A stretch of 64,000 bases of DNA from an uncultured Acidobacteriota bacterium. GTDB taxonomy: Bacteria > Acidobacteriota > Thermoanaerobaculia > Multivoradales > UBA5704. Under the pieces are notes generated by a model. It searched no databases, was not told the origin of the DNA, and saw nothing but the letters and a program-made list of their open reading frames with translations. How positions within the stretch are numbered: the first letter of the stretch is position 1; each line of letters starts with the position of its first letter. The stretch is taken from positions 1,696,001-1,760,000 of the forward strand of contig CAVYRF010000001.1 in assembly GCA_963770895.1 (NCBI GenBank), given 5' to 3'. Position numbers and translations under genes: made by a program. This document shows, piece after piece, positions 8,815 to 22,269 of this stretch.

Positions 8815-9681
8815 TCAGACCGGGCCGGTCAGCTGCTCGGAGATCTCCCACAGGCGCGCCGCCGCGGCGTCGTCCTGCGCCTCGCGCGAGGGCGTGGCTT
8901 CGTGCGTGCCGTGGAAGTAGCGGCCGCTGACCGCGGCCGCCGCCGGCGAAGAGGCGAGATAGACCGGGCCTTCGGCGCCCTTTTCGGGCGTGCCGCCGAA
9001 CAGGTGAAAGAAGGCGCGCACCGGCAGGCTCATCCGGCGGTCGAGCTCGGTATGGACCAGGCCGGGATGGACGCAGTTGGCGACAGTGCCGCTGCCGGCC
9101 AGCCGCCGCGCCAGCTCGCGCGTGAACAGGATGTTGGCCAGCTTGGACTGGCTGTAGGCACGCATCGCGGTGTAGCCGTCTTTGAGCTGCAGGTCGTCCC
9201 AGCTCATGTGCGCGCGCCGGTGTGCCGCCGAGGACAGGGTGACGACGCGCGCCGGGCCGCTGTCGCGCATGCTGGGGAGCAGCAGGCGGGTGAGCAGGAA
9301 CGGCCCCAGGTGGTTGACGGCGAAGGTCGCCTCGTTGCCCTCGACCGTCGTCTGGCGCTCGGGGTTGACCACGCCGGCGTTGTTGATCAGCACGTGGACG
9401 TTCGGGTGGTTCTTGAGCAGCTGGCTGACGCCGCTGCGGATCGAGGCCATCACCGCCAGGTCCATGAACACCACGTCCGGCATCCTGCCGCCCGCCGCGC
9501 CGCCGACTTCGACCAGCGCGTAGCGCACGCGGTCGACGCTATGGGACAGAATGACGAGGTTGGCGCCGCGGCGCGCCAGCTCCATCGCCGTCGCCATGCC
9601 GATGCCGCTGGTGGCGCCTGAGATGACCACGGTACGCCCCGCCATGTCGCCCGTCGCCGCCGGTCGCTCCGCTTCGGTCAT
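8815..9681 (-). CDS. Short-chain dehydrogenase/reductase (retinol dehydrogenase-like)
   Basis: SGATSGIG, LINNAG, VNHLGPF, YSQSK, VHPG. Confidence 0.95.
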   Translation of the reverse strand: MTEAERPAATGDMAGRTVVISGATSGIGMATAMELARRGANLVILSHSVDRVRYALVEVGGAAGGRMPDVVFMDLAVMASIRSGVSQLLKNHPNVHVLINNAGVVNPERQTTVEGNEATFAVNHLGPFLLTRLLLPSMRDSGPARVVTLSSAAHRRAHMSWDDLQLKDGYTAMRAYSQSKLANILFTRELARRLAGSGTVANCVHPGLVHTELDRRMSLPVRAFFHLFGGTPEKGAEGPVYLASSPAAAAVSGRYFHGTHEATPSREAQDDAAAARLWEISEQLTGPV

Positions 9682-9964
9682 GTCAGCGTTCTCCTGTCTC
9701 CCGGATCGCTTGGGCGCGATCGAGCGGCGGCAAGTCTAGCGGAAGAGACGCGCTACGAGGGCGGCATTCCTTGAGGTCCGGGCGGGACGCGCCGCGAGCA
9801 GCGGGCCGCCCGGCGGCACCGCCGGCACGCCCGCTGCGCACCCGTCCACCGCAGGTTGCGGCAGCGTCATCCAGCTGGGCCGTAAGCCGCGCCGCAGCCA
9901 GCCCGGTTGGCGGCCGAGGAACGCAACTGGTTGAATGGAAATGACTTGGCTAGGTACCGCGATC

Positions 9965-9980
9965 CGGCACGCGGGTTGCA
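9965..9980 (+). promoter_or_regulatory. Putative sigma-54 (-24/-12) promoter
   Basis: CGGCAC-GCGGG-TTGCA fits YGGCAC-N5-TTGC, 60 bp before ATG 10040. Confidence 0.6.
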
Positions 9981-10039
9981 AAATGGCATGGGAGAGGGAG
10001 CGACGACGGCTCCCACGGCGACCGAAGGAGGTTTCCATC

Positions 10040-10621
10040 ATGAGAGCACCCAGCAAACCCATACTCGGCTTAACCCTGGTCCTGACCCTGGCGCTGAGCG
10101 GCGGCGGCATGGCTGTCGCGGCGTCGAGCACCACGGAAGCCCGCCCCGACGAGTTCCAGGGCAACCTGGTCAACACCCTGCGCGGCGTGCGCCACGACCA
10201 GACGTTCACCCTGTCGGTCGACCGCTACGCGACTCCCGACGAGCTGAATCGCCTGGCCGACACGGTTTCCAGCAAGGGCGCGTTCACCGCCCGCGACCAG
10301 CTGTGGAAGGACACCTCGGGCTACCTGAGCATCGGCGGCGGGCTGGGCTATCCCGTCTCCGCCGTCACCTCGCAGGAGACGCCGACCGGGCGCATGATTC
10401 GCGTCATCGTCAACCGCCCGATGTCGCTGTTCGAGACGCAGTACTACACCCACACCTCCAAGTATCCCTTCACCGTCGTCGAGCTGAACCTGGACCGCAA
10501 CGGCCACGGTGACGGGCGCCTGATCGCCGCCGCCAAGCTGCAGGTCCACAACGGCGAGCTGGCCTTCGAAAGCTTCGGCGTGCAGCCCCTGGTGCTGATG
10601 GACGTGCAGGAGCACCGCTAG
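10040..10621 (+). CDS. Secreted hypothetical protein
   Basis: AAGGAGG RBS, signal peptide, host-like codon usage. Confidence 0.8.
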   Translation: MRAPSKPILGLTLVLTLALSGGGMAVAASSTTEARPDEFQGNLVNTLRGVRHDQTFTLSVDRYATPDELNRLADTVSSKGAFTARDQLWKDTSGYLSIGGGLGYPVSAVTSQETPTGRMIRVIVNRPMSLFETQYYTHTSKYPFTVVELNLDRNGHGDGRLIAAAKLQVHNGELAFESFGVQPLVLMDVQEHR

Positions 10622-10637
10622 TGCCTCGTGGCACTAG
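10618..10637. repeat. Short perfect hairpin CTAGTGCC-TCGT-GGCACTAG
   Basis: 8-bp arms overlapping the TAG stop; CTAGTG/CACTAG ends match the MITE ends. Confidence 0.5.
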
Positions 10638-10743
10638 GCCGTAACCCCGGCCCCCCCGGACCGCGGATATGATGGCCCGCCGGAGGCGCCCTGCCGGCGC
10701 CGCCGGCCGGCCGGCTCGCTCGCGAGCCAGGGGGAGCCCTCAG

Positions 10744-12417
10744 ATGGAAGCAGCAGGCAGCGCACCGCCGCATTCGGAAGCACTGGCGCCGCTCACCGAG
10801 CGGGCCGCCTGGAAGGATCTGCAGCAGCACGCGGCGGCGATGCGCGACGTCAACCTGCGCCAGCTCTTCGCCGCCGACGCGCAGCGCGGCGAGCGCCTGG
10901 CGCTCGAGGCCGCCGACATCTACCTCGACTATTCCAAGAACCGCATCACCGACCAGACCCTGCAGCTGCTGCTGCGGCTGGCCGACCAGTCGGGCCTGCG
11001 CCGGCGCATCGACGCCATGTTCGCCGGCGAGAAGATCAACGTCACCGAGCGGCGGGCGGTGCTGCACGTCGCCCTGCGCGCCCCGCGCGACGCCGACATC
11101 CGCGTGGACGGCGAAAACGTGGTGCCGGGCGTGCACCAGGTGCTCGACCGGATGGGCGACTTCGCCGCGCGGGTGCGCGACGGCCGCTTCACCGGCCACA
11201 CCGGCAAGCGCCTGCGCGCCGTGGTCAACATCGGCATCGGCGGCTCCGACCTGGGGCCGGTGATGGCGTACGAAGCGCTCAAGCATTACAGCCAGCGCGA
11301 CATGACGTTCCGTTTCGTGTCCAACGTCGACGGCACCGATTTCGTCGAAGCCACCCGCGACCTCGATCCCGAAGAGACGCTGTTCATCATCTCGTCGAAG
11401 ACCTTCACCACCCTGGAAACGATGACCAACGCGCAGACCGCCCGCGAGTGGGCGCTGGCGCGGCTGGGCGACGAAAAGGCGGTGGCGCGGCATTTCGTCG
11501 CGGTTTCGACCAACGCCTCCGGAGTGGCCAAGTTCGGCATCGACACCGACAACATGTTTGGATTCTGGGACTGGGTGGGCGGCCGTTATTCGATGGATTC
11601 GGCGATCGGCCTGTCCACCATGATCGCCGTCGGGCCGCAGGGCTTCCGCGCCATGCTCGACGGCTTCCACCAGATGGACGAGCACTTTCGCACCGCGCCG
11701 TTCGAGCGCAACATGCCCGTCCTGATGGGGTTGCTCAGCGTCTGGTACGGCAGCCTGTGCGGCGCGCAGACGGTGGCGGTGCTGCCCTACGATCAGTACT
11801 TGAAGCGCTTTCCGGCCTACCTGCAACAGCTCACCATGGAGAGCAACGGCAAGCGCGTCACCTGGGACGGCGCCGCGGTCTCCTACGAGACCGGCGCCAT
11901 CTTCTGGGGCGAACCGGGCACCAACGGCCAGCACTCGTTCTACCAGCTGATCCACCAGGGCACCAAGGTGATCCCCTGCGACTTCATCGCCTTCGGCCGT
12001 TCGCTCAACCCGGTCGGCCGCCATCACGACCTGCTGCTGGCCAACGTCCTGGCGCAGACCGAGGCCCTGGCCTTCGGCAAGACGGCGACCGAGGTGGCCG
12101 CCGAGGGGACGCCGGACTGGCTGGTGCCGCACCGGACGTTCCCCGGCAACCGGCCGTCGAACACGCTGCTGCTCCCGGAGCTGACGCCCGCGGCGCTGGG
12201 CAAGCTGGTCGCCCTGTACGAGCACAGCGTGTTCACCCAGGGCACCATCTGGGGGGTCGACTCCTTCGATCAGTTCGGGGTCGAGCTGGGCAAGGTGCTG
12301 GCCGGCAGGATCATTCCCGAGATCGCGGCGCCCCCGGACGCGGCGCCGGCGCACGACAGCTCCACCAACGCCCTGCTCCAGCGGGTGCGGCGCCTGCGCG
12401 CCGGCGGCGGGCTGTAA
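10744..12417 (+). CDS. pgi: Glucose-6-phosphate isomerase
   Basis: [58 protein letters not shown]. Confidence 0.98.
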   Translation: MEAAGSAPPHSEALAPLTERAAWKDLQQHAAAMRDVNLRQLFAADAQRGERLALEAADIYLDYSKNRITDQTLQLLLRLADQSGLRRRIDAMFAGEKINVTERRAVLHVALRAPRDADIRVDGENVVPGVHQVLDRMGDFAARVRDGRFTGHTGKRLRAVVNIGIGGSDLGPVMAYEALKHYSQRDMTFRFVSNVDGTDFVEATRDLDPEETLFIISSKTFTTLETMTNAQTAREWALARLGDEKAVARHFVAVSTNASGVAKFGIDTDNMFGFWDWVGGRYSMDSAIGLSTMIAVGPQGFRAMLDGFHQMDEHFRTAPFERNMPVLMGLLSVWYGSLCGAQTVAVLPYDQYLKRFPAYLQQLTMESNGKRVTWDGAAVSYETGAIFWGEPGTNGQHSFYQLIHQGTKVIPCDFIAFGRSLNPVGRHHDLLLANVLAQTEALAFGKTATEVAAEGTPDWLVPHRTFPGNRPSNTLLLPELTPAALGKLVALYEHSVFTQGTIWGVDSFDQFGVELGKVLAGRIIPEIAAPPDAAPAHDSSTNALLQRVRRLRAGGGL

Positions 12418-12511
12418 CCGATCGCGCGGCCATGGCGTCTTGCCTACACGGTGGCGCGGTCGCGGCCGTGCCGCCGTTTGGACTCATCCGCTTCGCCCTC
12501 ACGGAGGCAGC

Positions 12512-14304
12512 GTGTCAAGAGTGAAGACAGTCGTCGCGGCGATCCTGGTGATCGCGGCGGCCGTGGGCGGTTTTCTGTGGTGGCGGTCGCGCAGCCACCG
12601 GGCGCAATACGTGACCGCGGCGGTGACGCGCGGCACCATCCAGCGCAACATCGCCATGACCGGCGCCCTCAACCCGGTGGTGACGGTGCAGGTCGGCTCC
12701 TACGTGTCCGGCACCGTCAAGTCGCTGGGCTGCGACTTCAACACCGAGGTGGTGGTGGGCACGGTGTGCGCCACGATCGATCCGGTACCGTTCCAGCTGA
12801 TCGTCGACCAGGACAAGGCCGAAGTGGACACCGGCGTGGCGCAGGTCAGGAAGGACCGCGCCGCGCTGCTCTATGCCAAGACCGAATTCGAGCGCGATTC
12901 CAAGCTGCTGACCGAGGGCACGGTGTCGCAGGACACAGTGGACAACGACAAGAGCGTTCTCGACCAGGCGGTGGCGCAGGTCGGGCTTGACGAGGCGTCG
13001 ATCGCGGACAAGCAGGCGACGCTCAAGGCCGCCCAGGTGAACCTGGCCTACACCAACATCGTGTCGCCGGTCATCGGCACGGTGATCACGCGTTCGATCG
13101 ACGTCGGCCAGACGGTGGCGGCCAGCCTGCAGACGCCGACGCTCTTCCTCATCGGCAAGGATCTGACCAAGATGCAGGTGGACACCAACGTCGCCGAAGC
13201 GGACGTCGGCGACGTGCGCGTGGGGCAGGTCGGATATTTCAGCGTCCAGGCGTATCCGGGCAAGGTCTTCAGGGGCGCCGTGACGCAGATCCGGCGCGGG
13301 CCGATCACCGTCCAGAACGTCGTCACCTACGACGTCGTGATCGCCGTCGCCAACCCGCAGCGCCTGCTGTTTCCCGGCATGACGGCCGACACCCACATCG
13401 TCATCGACGAGCACGACAACGTGCTGCGGGTGCCGCTGCCGGCGGTGCGCTTCAATCCCGAAGGGATCGGCCACCGCCGCGGCGATCACGCGGGCGGCGC
13501 CCAGGATGCCGCCGGCGCGAGCGGTGCACCCGGCGCGGCGGCCGGCGGCGACGCCACGGCGTCCGCCGGTCCCGGCGGCGCCGGCGGCCCAGGCGAAGCG
13601 TCGGGCGGCGGCGAAGCCATGGGCACGGCGGGACCGCTGCCCGGAGCGCCGGGCGCGGGGTCCGGCCCCACCCGGACCGGCCAGGGGCGGCCGGGGGGAT
13701 GGGGACAGCATCGCCACCAGCGTGACGCCCAGGGCGGCGGCAGCGGCGGCGATGGTGGCAATGGCGCCACTGGCGCCGGTGGTGGCGGCAGCGGCGAAGC
13801 CGGCGCCGGCGGCCAGGGCAGCGGCGAGCAGCGCCCGCATCACCACCACCGTCCCGATGGCGCGGGTGGCGCCGGCGGTCCGGGCGGAACCGGTCCGGGC
13901 GGCGCCGGCGGTAACGGTGCCACCGGTGGCACCGGCGCTCAGCCGCAGACGGCGGTGGGCGGCGGCGGCGCAACGGCGGGACAGGGGACGGGCGCCGGCC
14001 AGGGCGGCGGCCCACGCCAGGGAGCCGGCCACGGCATGGGGCGGCAGGGCGGCCAGCGGCGCAGCCGGGTGTGGGTGCTGCAGGCGGACGGCACGCTGCG
14101 GCCGATCGACGTGGTGACCGGCCTCGACGACGGCCAGCTGATCGAGGTGTACTCCAAGGACCTGCACCCCGGCGACAAGGTGGTGATCAACGAGGCCAGC
14201 CAGGACGAACACCGGCGCGCTCCGGGCCAGGGCCAAGGTCAGGGCCAGGGACAGGGCGGTCAGAACCAGATGTTCCGCCAGGGAGCGGGCGGGCCGCCGC
14301 GGTT

Positions 14305-14308
<4 letters not shown>
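12512..14308 (+). CDS. macA: MacA-like periplasmic adaptor (MFP) with long Gly-rich insertion
   Basis: N-terminal TM, VQVGSYVSG, IVSPVIGTVI, GQTVAASLQTPTLF, NVVTY; start could be GTG 12512 or 12521. Confidence 0.9.
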
Positions 14309-16474
<2,166 letters not shown>

Positions 16475-16482
<8 letters not shown>

Positions 16483-18067
16483 GACAAACGCTGCCGCGCG
16501 CTTTGCGCTGGGCGCCCTGGCAGTCGGCCTGCCGCTCGCCCTGACCACCGGGTGCCTGGTGGGGCCCAATTTCACGCGGCCGGCCGAGCCCGGCGTGCAG
16601 AGCTACCTGCCGGCGGAATCGGCGGCGCCGCCGGGGACGCCGGTCGCCGGCCCGCAGACGCCCGAAAGCGCCGCCGTCGCGGCGCAGCACATCGCCCTGG
16701 GCGAGCAGATCCCGGCGCAGTGGTGGGGGCTCTTCCACAGCACGCGGCTGGACGCCACCTTGCGCCAGGCGATCGCCGCCAACTACACCCTGGTGTCGGC
16801 CAAGGCGACCCTGGCGGTGGCCGAAGAGGCGATCGTCGCGGCGCGCGGGGCGCTGCTGCCGCAGGCCAGCCTGGCGGCGGCCGGCCGGCGCGGCACCGGC
16901 ACCTTCAACACGGTGTCCAACCTCTTTTCGGTCGGTCCCAGCGCCAGCTATTCCATCGACGCCTTCGGCGGCACGCGGCGCCACGTCGAACAGGAGGCGG
17001 CGCTGGCCGACAACCAGCGCTACCAGCTGGCGGCGGCGTGGCTCACCCTCACCGGCAACACCGTCACCGAAGCGATCGCCGTGGCCTCGGCGCGCCTGCA
17101 GATCGCCACGGTGGAAGACCTGATCAAGAACGATCAAAAGAACCTCGACCTGACGCAGCGCGAATTCGACGCCGGCAAGGTGGCCAGGAGCGACGTGCTG
17201 ACCGCCGCCGCGCAGCTGGAAAACGACCGTACCCAGCTGCCGCCCCTGCACCAGCAGCTGAGCGTCGCCCGCCACGCCATGGCGGTGCTGGTCGGCAGGC
17301 CCGCGGGCGAATGGGCGCCGCCGGACTTCGACCTGGACGAGCTGACGCTGCCCGACAGCCTGCCGATCTCGCTGCCGTCCGAGCTGGTGCGCCAGCGCCC
17401 GGACATCCTGGCGGCGGAGGCCAACCTGCACGCCGACAGCGCGGCGATCGGCGTCGCCACGGCGCAGCTCTATCCGTCGATCACCCTTTCTGCCTCGCTG
17501 GTACAGCAGGCGCTGTCGCTCGCCACCCTGTTCAACGCGGCCAGCCGCACCTGGTCGGTGGGGGGCGCCGTCGACGCACCGCTCTACACCGGCGGCACCC
17601 TGCAGGCGCAGAAGCGCGCCGCGATCGACGTCTTCAACGCCCAGCTCGCCACCTACGAGCAGACCGTGCTGACCGCTTTCGACCAGGTGGCCGACGCCCT
17701 GTCGGCGCTCCAGCACGACGCCGAGCTGGTGGCCGTGTCGCGGCGCGCCGTCGACATCGCCAGCGCCTCGCTGCAGCTCCAGCGGTCCAGCTACGCCGCC
17801 GGCAAGACCAGCGCCCTGCAGCTCATCGCCGCTGAAGACACCTATTCGCAAGCCCGTCTGGGCTACGTGCGCGCCCTGGGCCAGCGCATGACCGACTCCG
17901 CCCAGCTGCTGATCGCCGCCGGCGGCGGCTGGTGGAACGACGCCGACCTGGCAGCCCAGGGCCGCTTCGCCGCCACCGCCAACCCGCCCGCCGCCGGAGC
18001 CGCCGCGGCGCCGGCTGGCTCCGCGGCACCGGCGCAGCCAGGCGCTCCCGCGCCGCCACCGACCTAG
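16475..18067 (+). CDS. Outer-membrane efflux lipoprotein (NodT/OprM/TolC family)
   Basis: Lipobox TTGC followed by LVGPNF, WWGLF, PSELVRQRPDI, terminal AGGGW. Confidence 0.93.
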
Positions 18068-19464
18068 CGATTTCCGGTCAACGCCTCCGTCAGGACGCGG
18101 CCTTCGACCTGGGGTCCCAGGTCGAGCCCCAGGATGCTGGCGATCGTCGGCGCCACGTCGAGCAGGCGCACCGCCGGGATGCGGGCGCCGGCGCGGATGC
18201 CCGGCCCGCGCAGTACCAGGCAGGCGAACAGCTCCGGCCGGTCCGGCGCGTGGCCGTGGGTGCCGCGCAGGGTGGTGGGGGAGACCACGGCACCCGTAAG
18301 GCCATCCGCAAAGGCAAACCCCGGCTGAGCGTCGAGCACCGCGTAGGCGCCGGGATAGCCGTGCAGGCGCTCCAGGTCGGCCCCGCGGTAGATGCGATGC
18401 ACGCCGTACTCGGGCAGGGCGCGCAGCAGGTCCAGCGCCCGGTCCACCGTGGCGGCGGTCGCCGGCGGCGCCGCCGGATTGAGATAGATCGCCGCCGCGC
18501 CGCCCTCGCTCCAGGGGTAGGCCGCCCAGGCGCTCAGCCGGCCCTGATCGCCGACGCTGAGCAGGCCGAAGGCGGCGAACAGCACCCCCAGGCGCACCTG
18601 CCGCTCGACCGGCAGAAAGCCGTGATCGGAAGTCAGGACGACGGTCGTTGTGCCGGCCAGTCCCGCGTCCTGGATCGCGGCCAGCAGCGTGCCCACGTGG
18701 CGGTCGTCCATCTCCAGCGCCGCCAGCGCTTCGCGGCTGTACGGCCCATACCGGTGCGACGAGGTGTCCAGGGCGATCAGGTGCACCGCCAGCAGCTGCG
18801 GCCGGTGTTGCAGGAACGCGACGCCCAGCCGGGTGCGCAGCGCGTCCAGCTCGGTATCGTCGCCGGCCCCCAGGATCGCCTCGGGCGTGCCGATCAGCGT
18901 CCGCGCCTCGGGCGAGGAGAAGCGCAGCATCAGCCGTGCGTCCTTGATCGTCCCGGCATCAAAATCCGGAAAGTTGAAATCGATCGGCCCGCCGGCGCTC
19001 ACCGGCCACCACACCGCCCCGCTGGTGCCGCCCTTGGCGCGCACCGCGTCGAACAGCGTCGGCACCTGGATGTCGTCGTAAAACATGTGCGACCCCTGGC
19101 CGCGCATCTGCCCCGGATCGAGCGGGTCCACGATGCCGTTGCCGGTGATGCCGTGCCGGGTGGGATACACCCCGGTGATCATCGTGGTATGCGCCGGATA
19201 AGTGACCGAAGGCATCACCGAAACCGCCGCCTCGGCCGTGGTCCCCTCGCGCTGCAACCGCCGCAGGTTGGGAATCGCCAGCCCCAGCTCGTCCGCCCGC
19301 GCCAGGTACCGCGCCGCCATCGCATCGATCGAGATCAGCACCACCCGCTGCCGGCCGTGCCAAGCCGCCGGCGCGCCGCGGGGAGCCGCATCCTGCGCCC
19401 CGGCCAGTACGGCGCCCAACAGGCAGCAGAGCACTACCAAGGACCACCGAGCAGTTCGGTTCAT
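18064..19464 (-). CDS. Nucleotide pyrophosphatase/phosphodiesterase (alkaline phosphatase superfamily), secreted
   Basis: LISIDA, PSVTYPAHTT, DTSSH, TSDHGF, GTHG, DVAPT. Confidence 0.92.
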   Translation of the reverse strand: MNRTARWSLVVLCCLLGAVLAGAQDAAPRGAPAAWHGRQRVVLISIDAMAARYLARADELGLAIPNLRRLQREGTTAEAAVSVMPSVTYPAHTTMITGVYPTRHGITGNGIVDPLDPGQMRGQGSHMFYDDIQVPTLFDAVRAKGGTSGAVWWPVSAGGPIDFNFPDFDAGTIKDARLMLRFSSPEARTLIGTPEAILGAGDDTELDALRTRLGVAFLQHRPQLLAVHLIALDTSSHRYGPYSREALAALEMDDRHVGTLLAAIQDAGLAGTTTVVLTSDHGFLPVERQVRLGVLFAAFGLLSVGDQGRLSAWAAYPWSEGGAAAIYLNPAAPPATAATVDRALDLLRALPEYGVHRIYRGADLERLHGYPGAYAVLDAQPGFAFADGLTGAVVSPTTLRGTHGHAPDRPELFACLVLRGPGIRAGARIPAVRLLDVAPTIASILGLDLGPQVEGRVLTEALTGNR

Positions 19465-19638
19465 GCCGCGATGATCTCACGCCAAAGCATCCCACTGCGG
19501 GCCACAGCACCGCTCACGACAAGCCGATCACCCGCCCGCTCCCCGACCCCGGATTCCCGCCTGTCCTAGCCGATCGCTCCGCCTGATGGGGCGGGTTGAC
19601 AATCTGTATCAAATTGGTTCAGTATAGGTTTCGGAAGT

Positions 19639-19675
19639 TGAGACTAAGTCTCATTAAGTGGAAATCGATTGCAAC
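19639..19675. promoter_or_regulatory. Fur-like 7-1-7 box plus a second palindrome upstream of the TonB-dependent receptor
   Basis: TGAGACT-A-AGTCTCA (19639-19653) perfect; GTGGAAATCGATTGCAAC (19658-19675) 14/18 palindromic; TTGACA at 19596. Confidence 0.55.
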
Positions 19676-19811
19676 TGCGCCTTCCAGGGGGGAGGCGTCG
19701 TATCGCGCGAGGCGGCGGTCCGGCCGAGACTTGGGGAAGGCTCCACGGATCTGCCGCCTGAGTGTGGACCCGCCGCGGCTTGTGCCCGGCACTTACTACG
19801 GGGCGGTTTGC

Positions 19812-22154
19812 ATGACCTACAGGCAGCTGCTGGTGCGCATTGGCCTGATCCTTTCCATGGTAACGACCGCCGTCCCGGCGCTGGCCCAATCGGCCGCGCT
19901 CAAGGGCGCCATCACCGACGCTGCCGGGCAGGTGGTGGCCGGCGCGGAGATCGAGCTTCGCACCGCCAAGGGCGACCTGGCGGCCCACACCACGACCGAC
20001 CGCCGCGGCGCGTTCGCGATCGATCACGCGGCGCCGGGGACCTACACCCTGACGGTGTTCAAGAACGGCTTTCGCCCGGTAACGCAGACGATCGTCCTGT
20101 CGCACGCCGGCGCCAACCCGCTCGCCATCGTGCTGTCGCCGGGCTACGCGGAAACTCTGACCGTGCAGGCGCCGCCGTTCGCCGGGCCGGGGGTGGCGCC
20201 GAGCGGCTCCAACGACTTCACCGTCGGCGCGCCCGAAATCGCCAGCCTGCCCGCCGGCGCCAACACGGCGCTGAGCGACGTCATCGCCCGCATGCCCGGA
20301 GTGGCGATCGACCAGAACCAGCAGATCCACATCCGCAACACCGAGGGGCCGCAGTTCCAATACCAGCTCAACGGCGTCCTGGTGCCGCTGGACATCAACA
20401 CCAACCCGCCGTTCCTGACCATGATCAATCCGATGTTCATCGAGCGCGTCGACCTGCTCGACGGCATCCTGCCGTCGCGCTACAGCTACGCCACCGGCGG
20501 CGTCGTGGACATCACGACCAAGGATGGTTGCAGCCAGCCCGGCGGCAGCCTGACGATCCTGGGCGGCCAGCGCGACACCATCACGCCGAGCATTCAGTAC
20601 GGCGGTTGCAGCGGCAAGCTGAGCTATTACGTCAGCTCGCTCTACAGCCAGGGCAACACCGCCTTCAGCTCGGCAACCCCCGGACCGACGCCCATCCACG
20701 ACTCAACCAACCAGGGACAGGGCTTCGGCTATTTCTCCTATCAGCTGAGCCCGGACACCAGGGTGAGCGTCGTCGCTTCCGCCGCCGCCAGCGACAACCA
20801 GCTGCCCAACGTCCCCAACCTGCCGCAAGCCTTCACCCTCGCGGGGGCGTCCAACCTGCAGTCGGCGAACATCAATTCGTATCTCAATTTTCGCGACTAC
20901 CTGCTGTCGATCGCCCTGCGCGGCGCGCTCAGCCCCGACCTCACCTATCAGCTGGCGTATTCGATCCATTCGATCACCCAGAGCTTCAAGCCCGACGCCG
21001 CCGGCGAGCTGGTGTTCCAGGGCGTCGCCTCGACCGCCACGCACAACGATAACGACAACACCCTGCAGGGCGATCTGACCTATCACCTGGGCGCCCACAG
21101 CCTGAGCACCGGCTTCTACCTGGGCGCCTACCGGGTCGCCGCCGACGACTCCTCGCTGGTCTTTCCGGTCGATTCCGATGGCAATCAGACCAGCGACGTG
21201 CCGGTGCACCTGACCGATCAGGCGCACGCCACAAACGTCGTGTCGGGCATCTATATCAACGACCTGTGGCAGATCACCGACCGGTTGCGCGTCAACGCCG
21301 GCCTGCGCTGGGACGACCTGACCGGCTTCACCGATCACAATCAGTTCGATCCGACGGTGAACCTGTCGTACCTGCTGACTCCCGCCACCACCCTGCACAC
21401 CGGCTTTGCCCGCACCATGCAGGTGCCGAGCTTTCTGGGCATCCCGCCCAATGCCTCGACGGTCTTCGCCGGTACCACCGCCGGCGGGCCGCCGGGAGTC
21501 TCCAGTCCCCTCACCGAGGACGACTACGAGTGGGACGCCGGCATCGTCCACCGCCTGACGCCGCAGATCACCATCTCGGAAGACAACTTCTATCAGAACA
21601 CCCACCATTACCTGGACACCGGCCAGTTCGGCGTCGTCCCCATCTTCGCCCCGTTCAACTACGACCACGGCTACATCTGGGGCAGCGAGATCGCCTTCGG
21701 CTACAAGCAAGAGCACTTTTCGCTCTACACCAACGTCACCATCGGCAGGAACCGGCAGATCGGCGTCGACACCGGCCAGTTCAACTTCGACCCCGACGAG
21801 CTGGAATACATCGAAACCCATCACATCCCCCTGGATCACCAGCCCCTGGTCGGCATCGCCTCGGGAGCCACCTACGACTGGCGCCAGTACAGCTTCGGCG
21901 TCGACACCATCTACAGCAGCGGCCTGGTCGGCGGCTTTGCCGACCAGGAGCAGCTACCCCCGGTCTTTCAGGTCAACGTCAACGCCCAGCGCTCCTTCCA
22001 GGTCCCCGGCCTGGGCCGCATCACCGATCGCTTCATCCTCCTCAACATCTTCGACCGCATCAACCTCATCCGCCCCGCCGAAGGCATCGGCATCTTCCAA
22101 TCCGCCTACGGCCCCCGCTTCACCATCCTCAACATGATCACCATCCCGCTCTAA
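19812..22154 (+). CDS. TonB-dependent receptor with N-terminal carboxypeptidase-regulatory-like domain
   Basis: Signal peptide, GAITDAAG..VAGAEI..PGTYTLTV, plug motifs MPGV / IERVDLL / GGVVDITTK, barrel NAGLRWD. Confidence 0.88.
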   Translation: MTYRQLLVRIGLILSMVTTAVPALAQSAALKGAITDAAGQVVAGAEIELRTAKGDLAAHTTTDRRGAFAIDHAAPGTYTLTVFKNGFRPVTQTIVLSHAGANPLAIVLSPGYAETLTVQAPPFAGPGVAPSGSNDFTVGAPEIASLPAGANTALSDVIARMPGVAIDQNQQIHIRNTEGPQFQYQLNGVLVPLDINTNPPFLTMINPMFIERVDLLDGILPSRYSYATGGVVDITTKDGCSQPGGSLTILGGQRDTITPSIQYGGCSGKLSYYVSSLYSQGNTAFSSATPGPTPIHDSTNQGQGFGYFSYQLSPDTRVSVVASAAASDNQLPNVPNLPQAFTLAGASNLQSANINSYLNFRDYLLSIALRGALSPDLTYQLAYSIHSITQSFKPDAAGELVFQGVASTATHNDNDNTLQGDLTYHLGAHSLSTGFYLGAYRVAADDSSLVFPVDSDGNQTSDVPVHLTDQAHATNVVSGIYINDLWQITDRLRVNAGLRWDDLTGFTDHNQFDPTVNLSYLLTPATTLHTGFARTMQVPSFLGIPPNASTVFAGTTAGGPPGVSSPLTEDDYEWDAGIVHRLTPQITISEDNFYQNTHHYLDTGQFGVVPIFAPFNYDHGYIWGSEIAFGYKQEHFSLYTNVTIGRNRQIGVDTGQFNFDPDELEYIETHHIPLDHQPLVGIASGATYDWRQYSFGVDTIYSSGLVGGFADQEQLPPVFQVNVNAQRSFQVPGLGRITDRFILLNIFDRINLIRPAEGIGIFQSAYGPRFTILNMITIPL

Positions 22155-22269
22155 GCCCTCCGCCACACGCCAAGCCCCCGCGCCCCCCGCCCGACCTGAT
22201 CCGGGCGGCGGCGGCCAGGGCGGGCCGAATCGGTCGCGCGCCTGAGCGTCAGGTGGGGGCGGATGGGAT

